Shown piece after piece: positions 11,895 through 24,250 of a DNA stretch of 64,000 bases. Location of the stretch: NCBI GenBank assembly GCA_964247055.1, contig OZ176057.1, forward strand, positions 1 to 64,000, given 5' to 3'. Position numbers and translations under genes: made by a program. The stretch comes from Paragordius varius. Its lineage: Eukaryota; Animalia; Nematomorpha. Numbering within the stretch: the stretch's first letter is position 1; each line of letters starts with the position of its first letter. The notes below the pieces were generated by a model that saw only the letters and a list, made by a program, of their open reading frames with translations, was not told the origin of the DNA and made no database searches.

Positions 11895-12255
11895 CGGATT
11901 GTATAGGAGGCAGATAAGACAGAAGTGTGACAACCAGGGATAAATTTTGAAGTAAATTAGTTAAGATTTCCGCGAGTTTGCTTTTGGTGAGTTGAGAAAA
12001 TGTAATAGGTGAGAGGTTAAAGATAAAATTGGTAGGCTTTCCAAGTTAAAGTTGCGAGGATTAATTAATCCGGATTGTATGAGATGCAGAAGATTGACAA
12101 CCAGGGATCCGATGCAAAAAAGTGGAATAAATTTAATGGAATTCGTTAAGATTTCCGCAAATATGCTGTTTTTAGAGGGAGTTGACAGAATGTGATAGGA
12201 GTAGGGTTGAAGATAAAATTGGTAATTTTTCCAAGTTAAAGTTTTGAGAATTAAT
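11895..12255 (-). repeat. Diverged two-copy tandem repeat (~175-185 bp unit) in the Utopia 5' UTR
   Basis: The blocks CCGGATTGTAT, GACAACCAGGGAT, GTTAAGATTTCCGC and AAGATAAAATTGGTA..TTTCCAAGTTAAAGTT each occur twice in the same order. Confidence 0.8.
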
Positions 12256-12606
12256 AAAATTAATTATGAAGAGAATTAAGACGGATATAACCAAACTAAT
12301 GAATGTAAAGAATATATGTTTAATAAAAATTTTCAAAGAAAATATAAAAAGTTTCGAAGGAATAACAAAGTTTCAAAAGGATAAACACAGAAGTAATAAA
12401 CTTCCGCCTCCCAAATAATATCAGGAAGGGCGGAAGGATGGGTCACGAGACCACGCGAAAAGTGTGTAGCTTATGCGATATAGCCGAAGGGAATTAGATG
12501 ATGATTAGGATAAGGATCGATGATGTAATATGTATAGTGATTGGATTAAATGAGATATAATTTAAATTTAATAATAATAGATGGATGTAATATAAAGAAT
12601 TTGCTT

Positions 12607-12643
12607 CTACACTTTGATCTTAGCCAAGAGGCCGAGAAGCGAT
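12607..12643 (-). ncRNA. U2: U2 snRNA gene, 5' fragment (nt 1-37), interrupted by a retrotransposon
   Basis: The reverse complement reads ATCGCTTCTCGGCCTCTTGGCTAAGATCAAAGTGTAG, the conserved U2 5' end, and stops inside the branch-point recognition sequence GUAG|UA. Confidence 0.97.
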
Positions 12644-12684
12644 AACCACATACAAATTTGCGCCTCTCAATATAAATTTATTTA

Positions 12685-12705
12685 TTCCGCTAATTTTGGG
12701 CATTA
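12685..12705 (-). promoter_or_regulatory. Putative snRNA proximal sequence element (PSE) of the U2 gene
   Basis: TAATGCCCAAAATTAGCGGAA begins 62 nt upstream of U2 +1. Its position and TAAT.CCCAA start resemble the insect PSEA as I recall it; not tested against other snRNA genes of this genome. Confidence 0.5.
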
Positions 12706-15700
12706 CCAATTAAAAAAATTTTGATTTGCAACTCCTATGGTTGAAATAAGCATTTTTTTAGCTATCGAATGATACCAAATACTCTATATATCGATTTACA
12801 TATCTATTATTTTGTAATTTTGCCAATTTTTATCATATTTTTATAAATATATGCTTTCTATCAACATTTTATCCATTTGTTTGTTAATTGCTCATCTTCG
12901 TTTTGTATGTATTATCTTTCCCCCATGTTATGTTATTCGAATACCAATATCCATATTTTTATGATACTAGATACGGAATTTAATAAATATTAACTGAATT
13001 TTATATAGTTGTCTTTTGGAGGTAAATATAATTTTAAAGAGAATAATATTAAGATAAAAAATTGGAATTTAATAAGAAGAAAAAATTAATTATTTTTTCA
13101 TTATTCATAATTTGAAATAAGTGGAAAATTTCAAGTTATATAAATCAAAATATTTATTGTAACGATTTTAAGAATTTATAGTAACAGATGATAACATAAC
13201 GGAATAATTTTATTATCAAAAAAGAAATAATTTATTACAAACAATAAAAAGTTGAAAAATCTATAAAAGGAAGATAAAATTGTAACGAAATGTTCAAAGT
13301 CAAAAAAGGAATACAAAATAATTATTGCTAATGAGAAAGAAAAAAGGAGGCATAAAAATTTGAATCGTAATCATGTTATGGAGAAAATAAGGTTTTTCTT
13401 TTTTATTCGCGTATTCAAATGTTTTATAATGCTTATTAAGTGCAATTTCCTTCTTGTATAAAAGTTTTTAAACGGAAAGTAAAAAAAGATTTTACCATAT
13501 CGAAAGATAAGACGCCGTGATAATTGTTTACTTTTAAGATGTGTTTATATATCTTGGTAGCGAAATAACAAAATTTTGCATAAGGTATAATAAATTTAAG
13601 TTTGATGGTTGTAAATTAAAATTTATTTTTAAAAATCATAAAAATTCTAACACATGTATCTGTAAAAAAACTTTTGATGTCCTTAAAATATGGAGTATAT
13701 ATATAAAAATAATGCATACATAAAAGAAATGTTATAATGTGCAAATGTCAGATGAACGTTACAGAAAAGTATGAACAAAGGACGGTATTTTGTTTATTTT
13801 TTTTTGTTCTTTTAACATAACAAGAGATGAAATATAGATTGTATGTGTTTTCTTGTGAGTATTCAAGTTTACATTTTATCAAAAAGTTGCTTTTCCATGT
13901 GTGAATGTTTTGAGTTTAAAAACCGATACACTATATAGGTGTTTACTATAACATAATTAAATAATTTAAATTTATGTTAGTACTTTAATTAAATATCTTT
14001 CAAAAGCATTCGCTAAGCTAATGTCAATATCGTGCAAAGTTGTTTAAACCAATCGTGTACCGTCTAAAAATTATCACAGTAAAATCTTGATTTTGTGAAT
14101 GAATTTAATTACACTAGGTGTATTTTCAAGTTTCCAATTATAATCAGTGGCACCCAAGGCGAGTCTTTTTTGCGGAGCACAGAAATAATTTTCATAAAAC
14201 AGAAATGAAATAATATTTCAAGCAAAAATAAATTTCTAAATATTTTAAGTAAAATTAATTTTACTTTTCATTTTATAGAATACGTTTTTAAAACTTGTCC
14301 ATTTACATATCTGCTGACCATCTTAAATACAACGTAGATAACCATTTTATCTATAAAGTGGACTATTTTTAAGGATTTATATTACTTTGATAATTTTTAA
14401 CAACATTCAATGCAATTTATTCATAAATCCTTAATCCCCTTGCTTACTATATTTTTGGTAAGTTAGGTAAATAGATCTTTCTTCGCCCCCACATTTTTAA
14501 AGCCTTAAAAGGTATTCACCCATAGTCATATTGGATTCATTTGCAAATATCTTTTATTTTATTAAAAATATTTTAAAACATTGGACAATCTAATTAAGCG
14601 TAAATATATTTTTGTGCAAACTATCATGCTAAAAAACAAACAAATTAAAATAAAGTACATTAATCGATACTAAGATATTACAAATATTCTAAATTAACAT
14701 AATAGGTACATTCAAAACCAAAAAACGCAGATGACATGTGAAACTTTCATTAAGAGTAATAATCGTTTACATTCACGAGTTATTCTTGGGTGTTTTAAAT
14801 GGGTAAAAGGGTAATTTTTTATGTCTATTGATATGTAAAAATTTTTTGTTTTTAATGGCTAAATTTTTTATAATTATAGTGAAAAATAGTGTTATAGATA
14901 AACAGACATGTAATTTAAATCCCCAACTAGCCATTTATAATACCGAAATTTTCCTATGATAGCTCTTGTTTTTGGACTATCTATACAGTTTCAAGCATGT
15001 TAACCCATCATCAGTTCGACACAATTATTAGAACCTATAAATCCAAATCTGTTATTATGTGTAAGAGAATATAGTTTTTTTGCTACATTTTGCGCTTTTT
15101 TATCATGTAAAAGACTCACTCAATCAACCATCAGACCCCACCACCAGCATAAAGGGGCATTTAAAATAAATCATGCATTTATAATTAATTTTTTTTAAAT
15201 TTTGTTTAAATTATATCTTATTATATTCTTATGTTTTAGTTATTACATTGAAAAGGATACTGCCATGAATCGAAATTTTTGGATATAGTTTAATTTAATA
15301 AATTTTATGAGAATTCAAATTATTACTTTAATTTAAGAATGTATCCCTCACCAAGAAACTAAAAGTATTTAGAAACACAATTTAAGTATAATTTGCTTAA
15401 AGTTAAAATAAATACTTAATGAAATAAATAATCTCTTTTTCTTTTCCGTCTAAAAAAGATATCCCCATATTTTCTTATTTGATCTGAATCAGAAATGGTG
15501 GTTTCTTGCTACATTAGATGGCATATACCTATATATAAACGCAGTTTTTTATATGTTACTAAATATTTAATTACAGTTTTAATTTAACATCTATAATATT
15601 TTGACTAGGATTTCAAAGTCCTCAATGGTATAATTTAAAAAACTGCATTTAGAGGTCTTTTATGTAAAAATTATTGATATTGCACACAAAAATTTAGATA

Positions 15701-16967
15701 TAAAATTTTTCATTCCACAACTAATATTAACGATAAAAACCAATTTTAAATTTTAAAATTGTTTTTAATTATATTTATAAAAAGAAACTACACTACTACG
15801 TATCATAACGGAAGTAAATAATACGCGTTCATAGACATTAAATTATATGAAAAACACTATTTATAGAGTGTTGAAGATAGGTAAACATTGTAGAATTTCA
15901 AATTTAAATTAAACAGTTTTCGATCTCATATTAGGTTTGAAATGTTATTTTTATAATAAGGGCAGACATTTTACGATATCGTCTTGTATAAAATTGGTGT
16001 GTAGGTATGCCTATTAATCATACCATTTTTCAGTCAAAAGCAACATTTTTTGAAGCAAACGTGATATTTTATTAGCTAACGCAACATTTTTCAAGTAAGG
16101 ATAACTTGTACGTTAGAAAGAAATTTTTGCTCGTAAAAAGTTTTTAACTGAAAGATGGTACTTATGGCTGAAAAATGGTATACTGCCGGTATAATGAAAA
16201 GTAGAATTTAGCATTACGAAATATCGTGTTACAAAACACGTATTTATAACTATTTTAAACTCAAAATATAGGTTTACTTGTTGTTAGTGAAGTATAATTA
16301 TAACTTTGGTTCAGTAATATTTTTTATAATAAAAGTTAATTGATTTTCAGATTTTCCCTAATGGAGGTTATAAACTACAAATAATGGACTTAATATAAAT
16401 GAATCAAAAATTATAAATTTTATTTGTTTTGGATTTTTATTTAATGAATTCTAAATACTCTTTTACTTTAGTAATTTTCTATTTACCTGCATATCTTGTT
16501 AAAAATTTTTTCGCATTGGAAAATGATTTCAATTGAGAAGCAATATTTAAACTCAAAGAAAGGTATATTTTGAAAATAGTGAAATAAATATAAGACATAT
16601 TATCACTGTTCTCTTAACTTAGACATGCTATCATATTTATAAATAATGTGTATAGGAATCGCTTAAATGTCGATGTGAATGACGTAATAAAATATGATTG
16701 ATGTTAATATTAATCACATTTCCAAAAATGTTTGTATATAGTAAATGTGATTTTAATTTGTTGTTGAATTACCAAAATATTTTTATATCCCAATGTTTAA
16801 ATTTTTACAGCCATATATAATAGATATATTTTACTAAAAAATAAGGAAATACATGAGTTGATTTTAAAAAACATCTATAATACCGGGGTTATGGTGGCGA
16901 TGCAAAGGTCATTGACTATTATCGTCAAATTTATAACAGTAAAAAACCATTATTTTATTTGAATATA

Positions 16968-17272
16968 CAGTAAAAACTAAAATTATACAAACAAAACCTA
17001 AAAATATATAGACAAATATTTTTTTCTAAAAGGCAAACATACTTTTATAATCATAATTTTTTTCAATTAAACTCATTGTTTGGAATGGAAAATTGTGAAA
17101 ATAAATATATATTTATATAATATTAAGACAATCAATTGTATATTATATAATTGTAACTAAATAGCTTATATGTGAAAAATTAAGGTTTCAAAAAGTATTG
17201 TTGGTTGTCTTTAAGAAAAAAATATTTATCTTTATATTTTTACGTTTTATCCGTATAATTTTAATTTTTGCT
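16968..17272. mobile_element. MITE family A copy
   Basis: TA-CAGTAAAAAC..ATTATAC start and TTTTACGTTTTATCCGTATAAT end, with the shared internal GACAAATATTTTTTTCTAAAA motif. Confidence 0.7.
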
Positions 17273-17579
17273 TTACGTCGTTCGTGAAAACATACGGTAA
17301 TGATGGAGGTGGGAAAGGCTTGGTATGCCTACCTTCCTGACGAAGTACCATATATTTTTGAAGATGTATTTTTTCTTTTTTCGACAGTATTAATAAAAGC
17401 CTTTATCCAATGCATTAGGCAAGAATTTATCAACTATTTCTCCTACTTTTATCTGATCCCCATACATAAGGTGACCAGATTTTTTGAAGGAAAAAGCGGG
17501 ACAAATTTTAGAACTTATTGTAGAATTTATTTATTTTTAACACAAATACATTATAAATATTAAAAAATATTTAATTCCT

Positions 17580-19238
17580 TGGCATATTTTTTATTTGAGT
17601 GAATGCGTTTTAGCAGATTGTCATCATTTTTTAAAATATTGTAGAATTCTTCACAAGAATTTGTCAAATTATATTTGACCGATAAAATGGTAAAGTTCCA
17701 ACATTTAAATTTGATTTTTCCGATGTCCACATCTGATTTACTGTGGATAAAACGCGCTCAGTAGCAGCGTTGGTTCCACGTAAAGATAATGCAAATTCTA
17801 CAATTTTTAAAATATTGTATGGAACATAGTTTGTTTCAAAATGATGAAATATTTCTAACCATTTCTTTTCTACTGTATTTTTTTCTGTTGTCCATAATTT
17901 AAGTTTTCATTATTAATATATTTTATAACTCATGATATTTTAGAAAAAATATATTTTCTGAAAGGTTACTTTGTGGGAATTTTTGGGAGATGTAGAAATG
18001 ATTTTTGAACATCGCACCAATAAAATTCTGGTTTTAATGTTATCCAATGAAAATGATCAATTTCATTAAATTTCACCGTCCAGTCTTCCAATAATCTTTA
18101 CAGTTTGTATAAAACATTTTTAATGGTACAGGATATCTTGGCGATTTATTAAGCCTTGTTTCTCTAAAATATTTATAATATTGCGGATGGTTACTGGTAT
18201 AAAATTATTTTATAACCTTTCTTGACATAGGAATTTTAGGTTAATAACTTCATTGGCTACTTCGATTGCCGAAGTTTTGTCACTTTCTATCAATTTAATA
18301 ACATTTTGAAAGAGAGAAGCTTGATTATGTAGGAACTCTAACCATATTAAAGAATTACTTTCAAAAAACTTTTCCAAAGTTGTAGGACATTTGTCCTGTG
18401 AAAAAATAGGATTTTAACAACTACCTTTTCCACATCTAGGGGTAACAAATCAGCAGCTGTTTGAATAGCGTTGTGTGTTATATCGCTGCACACCCAACGT
18501 CAATAATGGATGGAGATTATCTGCTAATTACTGAAAATTATTTTTTTCCCTCCTTGCTTTTCCACCGAAGTTCGTATTGGTGTTGTCACCGCAATATGCG
18601 ATGATTTTGTCTTTTATATAATTTTAGAATATTCATTATTGAAGTAAAATTATGTCGGAATTCGCACCGGGTAGAGAAATAAAATTTAAAATTTTAATTT
18701 TACTCCGGTTTCTGGACCAAAATATTTTATTAATGTGGGAAATATTTTTGTTTCCTGATTTGATACATCAGAGTATGGCAATATGAAATTAATTTTCAGC
18801 AAATCTTTTTTTATTCAGAAAATGCATGTGGCGAAAGGACATTGCACACAATGGCTTCAGCCTTTGTACGAGCACATGTAAATTTTTTATTTAATAAGAT
18901 ACGAATAACCTATGAGTTACAATCCATAGATCTAAAGGAATGATTGTGATTAACGCGTGAAACAATAAACGCCTTGGGCTAGTGCCAAATTCTTTTCTTC
19001 CTCTCCAAAAGCGGTTTTCCGATAAAAATCGCTCATTTTGTAAGATGATGCCACCATATCTAAACATTTTTTATGTTTCTGTGTTTCCATATGCTTTGTA
19101 ATATCATGCTTACCGCCATGTGGTAGGGTGAACCCCTAACATAAAGCATTTAACAAATGATTTATTCTTCGTTTTTTTGTTAAAAGGAAATTCTTTCATT
19201 AAATCATCGTTAAATTTACAACCTCTTTTTGTATTCAT
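17580..19238 (-). pseudogene. Disrupted hAT transposase of copy 1
   Basis: Starts ATGAATACAAAAAGAGGTTGT and is collinear with the copy 2 transposase. The hATC-type segment (VEFALSLRGTNAATERV) lies near 17740-17810. Contains stops and frameshifts. Confidence 0.85.
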
Positions 19239-19249
19239 ATTTAAACTAA

Positions 19250-19821
19250 TCTATATATTTATAAAAATGGAAAATGCTGACTTTGTGATCTGGTACCGGA
19301 AAACCGGTAGACATATTCAAATACAAACTTCTAAAAAATAAATATAATCATTAATGAATGCCCCGACAATAGCTTCGCCCTTTTTTTGAAATAGACCCCC
19401 AGTTCGGGCCCACCCCCTGTGAAAAACGGTTTTTTTGAAAACAGAAGTCCACAAAAATCGTGTCTTTGAGACAATTTTCTGGAGAAAGTGTTGGATGATT
19501 CAATTTACTTATTTTCGATTGCGCTGAACATAGTCGTCTCGCTTTTTTGATTTAGTCCCTCTTTTTATCCGCTCCCTTCGTAAAATGCCATTTTTTCAAA
19601 AAACAAAGTCCACAAAAATAATTTTTAAATCTATTTTTCGCCCTATTAAACAATATATTTATATGAATGCACCGTTTTGAAATTCCTATAATCATATCTT
19701 TTAAATAATGTTTCGAAATAATCCACATATGTGGATCATTTTATTGTCCCTTATTTCAAATAGCCCTCCCCCCAGAAAGCCGAATTCCTCGGAATGCGTA
19801 GCAGCACGAGATTTACGCTAG
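19250..19821 (+). mobile_element. Non-autonomous Helitron (~572 bp) inside hAT copy 1
   Basis: Starts TCTATATATTTATAAAAATG, ends with a GCGTAGCAGCACG..TACGC hairpin-like tract and CTAG, and sits between A (19249) and T (19822) with no TSD. It is absent from the equivalent site of hAT copy 2. Confidence 0.8.
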
Positions 19822-20373
19822 TATTAATAAAAAAAATATTATATTACCTTAATTTTCTGGAGTAAACGTATAAGCTACCGATTTGTGATATTAATTTGTC
19901 TTTTTGATAATGTTGGCAGTAGGATTAGGAAGCAAAGTGTATAATCATATGATATAAATTTGATAAAAATAAATATTTTTAATTTAAAAATAAATTAATT
20001 TAAAATTGATACAGATTTTAAAGATAACTAATGATAAAAAATTTAAACGGATAAAAAAAATAAATTTTTTATAAAAAATTATATTTAAAAATTTTTATTT
20101 TATAATCGTGAAAAAGCGGAACATTTCAAAAACGCAGCGGGACGCGGGACAAAGTGTGAAAAAGCGGGACTGTCCCGCCAAAAGCGGGACGTCTGGTCAC
20201 CTTACCCATACATCATCATTCTCAAGAAAACACAAACTAAATAATTGTCCACAAAATATCATTTATCATTCAAAATACAACTCAATTTTTTCCTCATATC
20301 CTTCATCACAAACCTATCGATTGTTAACAAATCCTCCCTAATTCTCTACATCTAAACCAACTAAATTCAGACA

Positions 20374-23215
20374 ATGACTGTTCCGAAAAAAACTAATTCC
20401 TGTGATGTGTTTTTACGCATTGGTACGTGGAACTCTCGCGGCACCACCAACAAAATCGAAGTTATCATAAAAGAAATGGTGAAACTCAACATAAGTATAT
20501 TAGGAATAGCAGAATCCCACATTCCGTTAAACGGCCACATAGAATATGAAAATCACATCCTATTATACTCAGGTCATGATACTCTTAAACGAAACGGTGT
20601 GGCCCTAATAGTAACCAAATCAATCGCCAACGCATCCGAAATTCACCACCCACACAGCGATCGCATAATATCACTTCGATTAAACTCGTCTCCACAACCA
20701 ATAACGATATTCCAAATCTATGCCCCTACCAACTCTAACAACGAAGAAGACTCCGAACAATTTTACGAGGATCTCAGTTCAGCTATTGAGAAAGTTCCTA
20801 AAAAAGACATGATATTTGTTTTGGGCGACTTTAATGCGATAGTAGGTAACGATAATACACATCAAATCACTGGTGGGAAAGGATTGGGAAAAAAAGATAG
20901 AGGAGACCGCCTCATAGAATTTTGCAGTGAACACAAATTATTCATATCAAACTCCTTTTTCCAACAACCTAAGCGAAGCCTATACACATGGATTTCACCT
21001 TGCAAGAGGCACAGAAACCAAATTGACTTTATTCTCGGTATGCAAAAATATAAATCTTCCTTTATGAACGTAAAAACCTACCCCGGTTCCGACTGCTATT
21101 CTGATCATAATCTCCTTGTAGCTAAACTAAAAATTAAAACAGTTCTCTCACGCAAACCAAAACTTCTGCATAAACCTAAATTAGTCTGCGATCTCCCCCG
21201 AGTTTCCTTTGTTACTTGAAAACAGATTTAAAACACTCGAAATAGACGATGACGCTGAAAATCTTTGGAATACAATACAAAATATCACTAGCACTACAGC
21301 CAGCGAATGCATCCCTATCCAAAAATCCCATCTTAACAAAATTAAGCTATCACAAAAAAGTTTAGATTTGGCGGACAAACGGCGCCAAGCTAAACGCAAT
21401 AATAATATGGCAGAGTACAAATCACTTAACGCAGAGTTCCAAAAAAGCGCTCGGGAAGACAAAAACGATCACTACAATCAGCTGTGCTTAAAACTAGAAA
21501 ACGCTGCTAAACATAACAACAACTACTTTGCTGAAGTAGATCACATTGCTCCACGTACGTCTAAAATCTACAAAGGCCCAATGAGAAAGGAAGATGGAGA
21601 TATCATCACAGACAAGAAAACACTGGTGGAACAATGGGAACAATATGTATTAAAACTATACGGCTCCAGTCCATCGAACGCCGATAAAAACAGTAAGATC
21701 TATCAACATGACCCGCCGATCATCAAAGAAGAAGTCGAATGGGCGCTCAACCATTCCCCAAACAACAAATCTGAGGGGTACAACGATTCCAACCGAACTT
21801 ATTCGTTTTATCCCAATTCATATCCTAACTGACTTATTCCAAAAGATATTTGCCCACGCCTCATTCCCCCAAGACTGGTGCAAATCAATACTCATCCCCA
21901 TCTTGAAAAAAGGCGATCCTAAATCATTTAACAACTATAGAACTATAGCGCTAATCAATCAAGCATCAAAAGTTTTCCTCAAAATAATTCACAGGCGTAT
22001 CCAAGGCATAATTGAAGCCGAACTTTCTAATACTCAAGCGTGATTTAGATCCAATCGCGGATGCAGGGACATGATCAGCAATATACGTTGGATATTCGAA
22101 AAACAAATTGAATCTCAGAAAGAAACCCACATCTGCTTCATTTTACAAAAGCCTTCGACAGCGTGAAACACGACACGCTGCGGAAGGCACTATCTCAGAT
22201 GGGAGTTTCAGATCACATTTTAAACATCATAAAATCCCTCTATTCCAATTCATCACTAAACATAAAAACCCCACATGGCACAAGTAATTGGGTACAAATG
22301 AACAATGGTTTAAGACAAGGATGTGTCCTTTCACCCACTCTTTTCAATGTCTGCATAGAAAGCGTATTACGGAACATAGATAAAACCAATGGTATAAGCA
22401 TTGCCGGCAATATTATATCATCACTTCACTATGCTGATGACACTCTGCTGTCAAACTCAGTGGACAACATGAAAAAAACTCCTAACTGAATTCTCAAACG
22501 AATGTCAAAAATTTGGATTGACGATCAACTTTAAAAAAACTAAAATCATGATTATAAACGCTCATAACCACTATAACAACTTATCTTTTCACAACCAACA
22601 AATAGAAGTAGTGTCCCAATACACTTACCTAGGCAGTCTCATAAATACAGCAAACAACAGCACCCTAGACATCAAAAGAAGAATAGGAATTGCTAAGACA
22701 AAAATGATAAAATATAATAAAATATGGTCACCACACGACATCAAACTTAAAACAAAAATCCGTTTAGTTAAAGCCCTAATATTTCCTGGCATACTATATG
22801 CATCAGTAAGCTGGACAATAAAAAAGGTAGACGAAAAATACATTAGCGCCTTCGAAATCTGGTGCTGGCGGAAGGCACTTCAAATCACTTGTAAAGATAA
22901 AGTAAAAAACACTGTAATCCTTGAAAAAATAAACCCCGAGATACACCTGATTGGCATGTGCCTCAAAATGAAATTATCATACTTTGGTCACATTACCAGA
23001 GCTAATGACTTGGAATTCCAACTAATGACAGGCAAGGTCGAAGGATCCAGGAAACGTGGACGCTGCAAGATGCGCTGGATTGAAAACCTAACCAAAGAAA
23101 CCAATCCCTCTTTACAACAGTTAACATCACTCACTTATAATCGAATAAACTGGAGAAAATACACCTTCGAAAAAGCAATAAATCGACAACGATCTTTGCT
23201 ACAATAATAATATGA
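20374..23215 (+). mobile_element. RTE-clade LINE (AP endonuclease-RT), pseudogenised
   Basis: APE motifs IGTWN, GIAESH, QIYAPT, LGDFNA, QIDFI and SDHNLL. RT motifs PILKKGD..NYRTI, GLRQGCVLSP and HYADD. RTE-type C-terminus GKVEG.RKRGR...RW and an (AAT)n tail. Split over five ORFs by frameshifts and a QA*FR stop. The 5' end is not defined. Confidence 0.92.
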
Positions 23216-23968
23216 ATCATATATCATTCGATCTCTTAGAATCTTCAGTAAATGAATATCGAAGGGATAAATGTGGTAACACAAAAAAAGTTATTTGATT
23301 TTTCTGTTATTATTATTAGGCATCCAAAAATCGCGTTGGTATCGCACATGAATAAAATTAAATGCAACGGATAAAACGCGTTTTTGATAAGATATACCTT
23401 AAAATTATTTCTTAACGATAAACACTATTATAAAGATTAAAAAAGTTTAGAGGGTTAACATTAAAGGACTCACAATAATTAATGTGGAAAAATTGGTATT
23501 CGGCGATTCGAATTCAATAAATTAGTTATTATGCGGTAAAAGATTGAATTTTATTTTAACTATCATAGATCTACTATATATACATATATATATAGATTGC
23601 CCAATATATTGCCTTCAAAAAATGATTTAAGGCTTAAACAAAAAATTTACATGCAAAGCGAAATTAGCGTATAATTTTTACAATACATCCAATATATATT
23701 ATAAATACCTTCCCTATACGATTCATTGGGAAAAAACGGTCTATCGATCAGTTTTTTAGATTTGGTGAGTTTTTAAACTCTGTTTTGATTTACGATTCTG
23801 GACAGTTAGCTTTATATTTTTACTCAACAATTAAAATTTTATTAGGAATTCTTACAATTATGGGTTTATACATAACTCGTATGTGGTAATACATTTGCGT
23901 ATATTTCCAAACACTAATTGCATGTTAGCAGTTTATAAATTCAGAAATTACATAACATTACTAATGTA

Positions 23969-24250
23969 CAGTAAATTTAATTATACGGACAAAACTTAAA
24001 AATATAAAGACAAATGTTTTTTTTCTAAAAGACAACCGTATTTTTTAACTTCGATTTTTTCAAAGATCACTTATTGTTTTGGGTTGCTTGCAAAAAAGGG
24101 ATTAGATATACATATTGGTTACACGATCAATTATATATTTACTAATTATATAATTTATATGAGAAAAATAAAGGTTTACAAAAGTATCGTTGTTTTTTTA
24201 AAAAATATTTGTCTTTAAATTTTACGTTTTGTCCGTATGATTTCAGTTTC
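23969..24250. mobile_element. MITE family A copy
   Basis: TA-CAGTAAATTTAATTATACGGACAAAAC start and TTTTACGTTTTGTCCGTATGA end. More copies or half-copies at ~24797-25040, ~25295-25452 and ~26318-26525. Confidence 0.7.

Larger units (their letters stand above)
7014..12606 (-). mobile_element. Full-length Utopia-like (R2/NeSL-related, RLE-type) non-LTR retrotransposon inserted site-specifically in U2
   Basis: Both ends abut U2 sequence. It has a ~1.1 kb 5' UTR, a single 1403-aa ORF and a ~270 nt 3' UTR ending ...AATAAATTAAAA. No target-site duplication. Insertion of an RLE-type LINE into U2 at this region is the defining feature of Utopia. Confidence 0.93.
17467..20204 (-). mobile_element. hAT DNA transposon, copy 1 (defective)
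   Basis: TIRs TAAGGTGACCAGA / TCTGGTCACCTTA. Exact 8-bp TSD CCCATACA at 17459-17466 and 20205-20212. Subterminal GCGGGAC repeats. The termini resemble hAT-Blackjack-type ends as I recall them. Confidence 0.93.

Noticed and set aside
12395-12490. HDV-like ribozyme at the Utopia 5' end (GGT-CTCGTG-ACC resembles P3/L3)
   Set aside because: The loop is too short, and no matching P1 or P1.1 could be found.
7014-12606. Telomere-targeting retrotransposon (TRAS/SART-like)
   Set aside because: It is flanked by U2 rather than telomeric repeats, and it has an RLE rather than an AP endonuclease.
13747-16400. Possible micro-exon gene on the + strand (MSDERYRK.., IFLRPHIFKALK, YIQNQKTQMTC, KWWFLATLDG)
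   Set aside because: Several AG..GT-bounded segments look coding, but I could not join them in consistent phase or recognise a product. RNA-seq is needed.
17296-17352. C/D box snoRNA (ATGATGG..CTGA with a GGTA/TACC stem)
   Set aside because: The C box is imperfect, the segment is very short, and no rRNA or snRNA target was recognisable.
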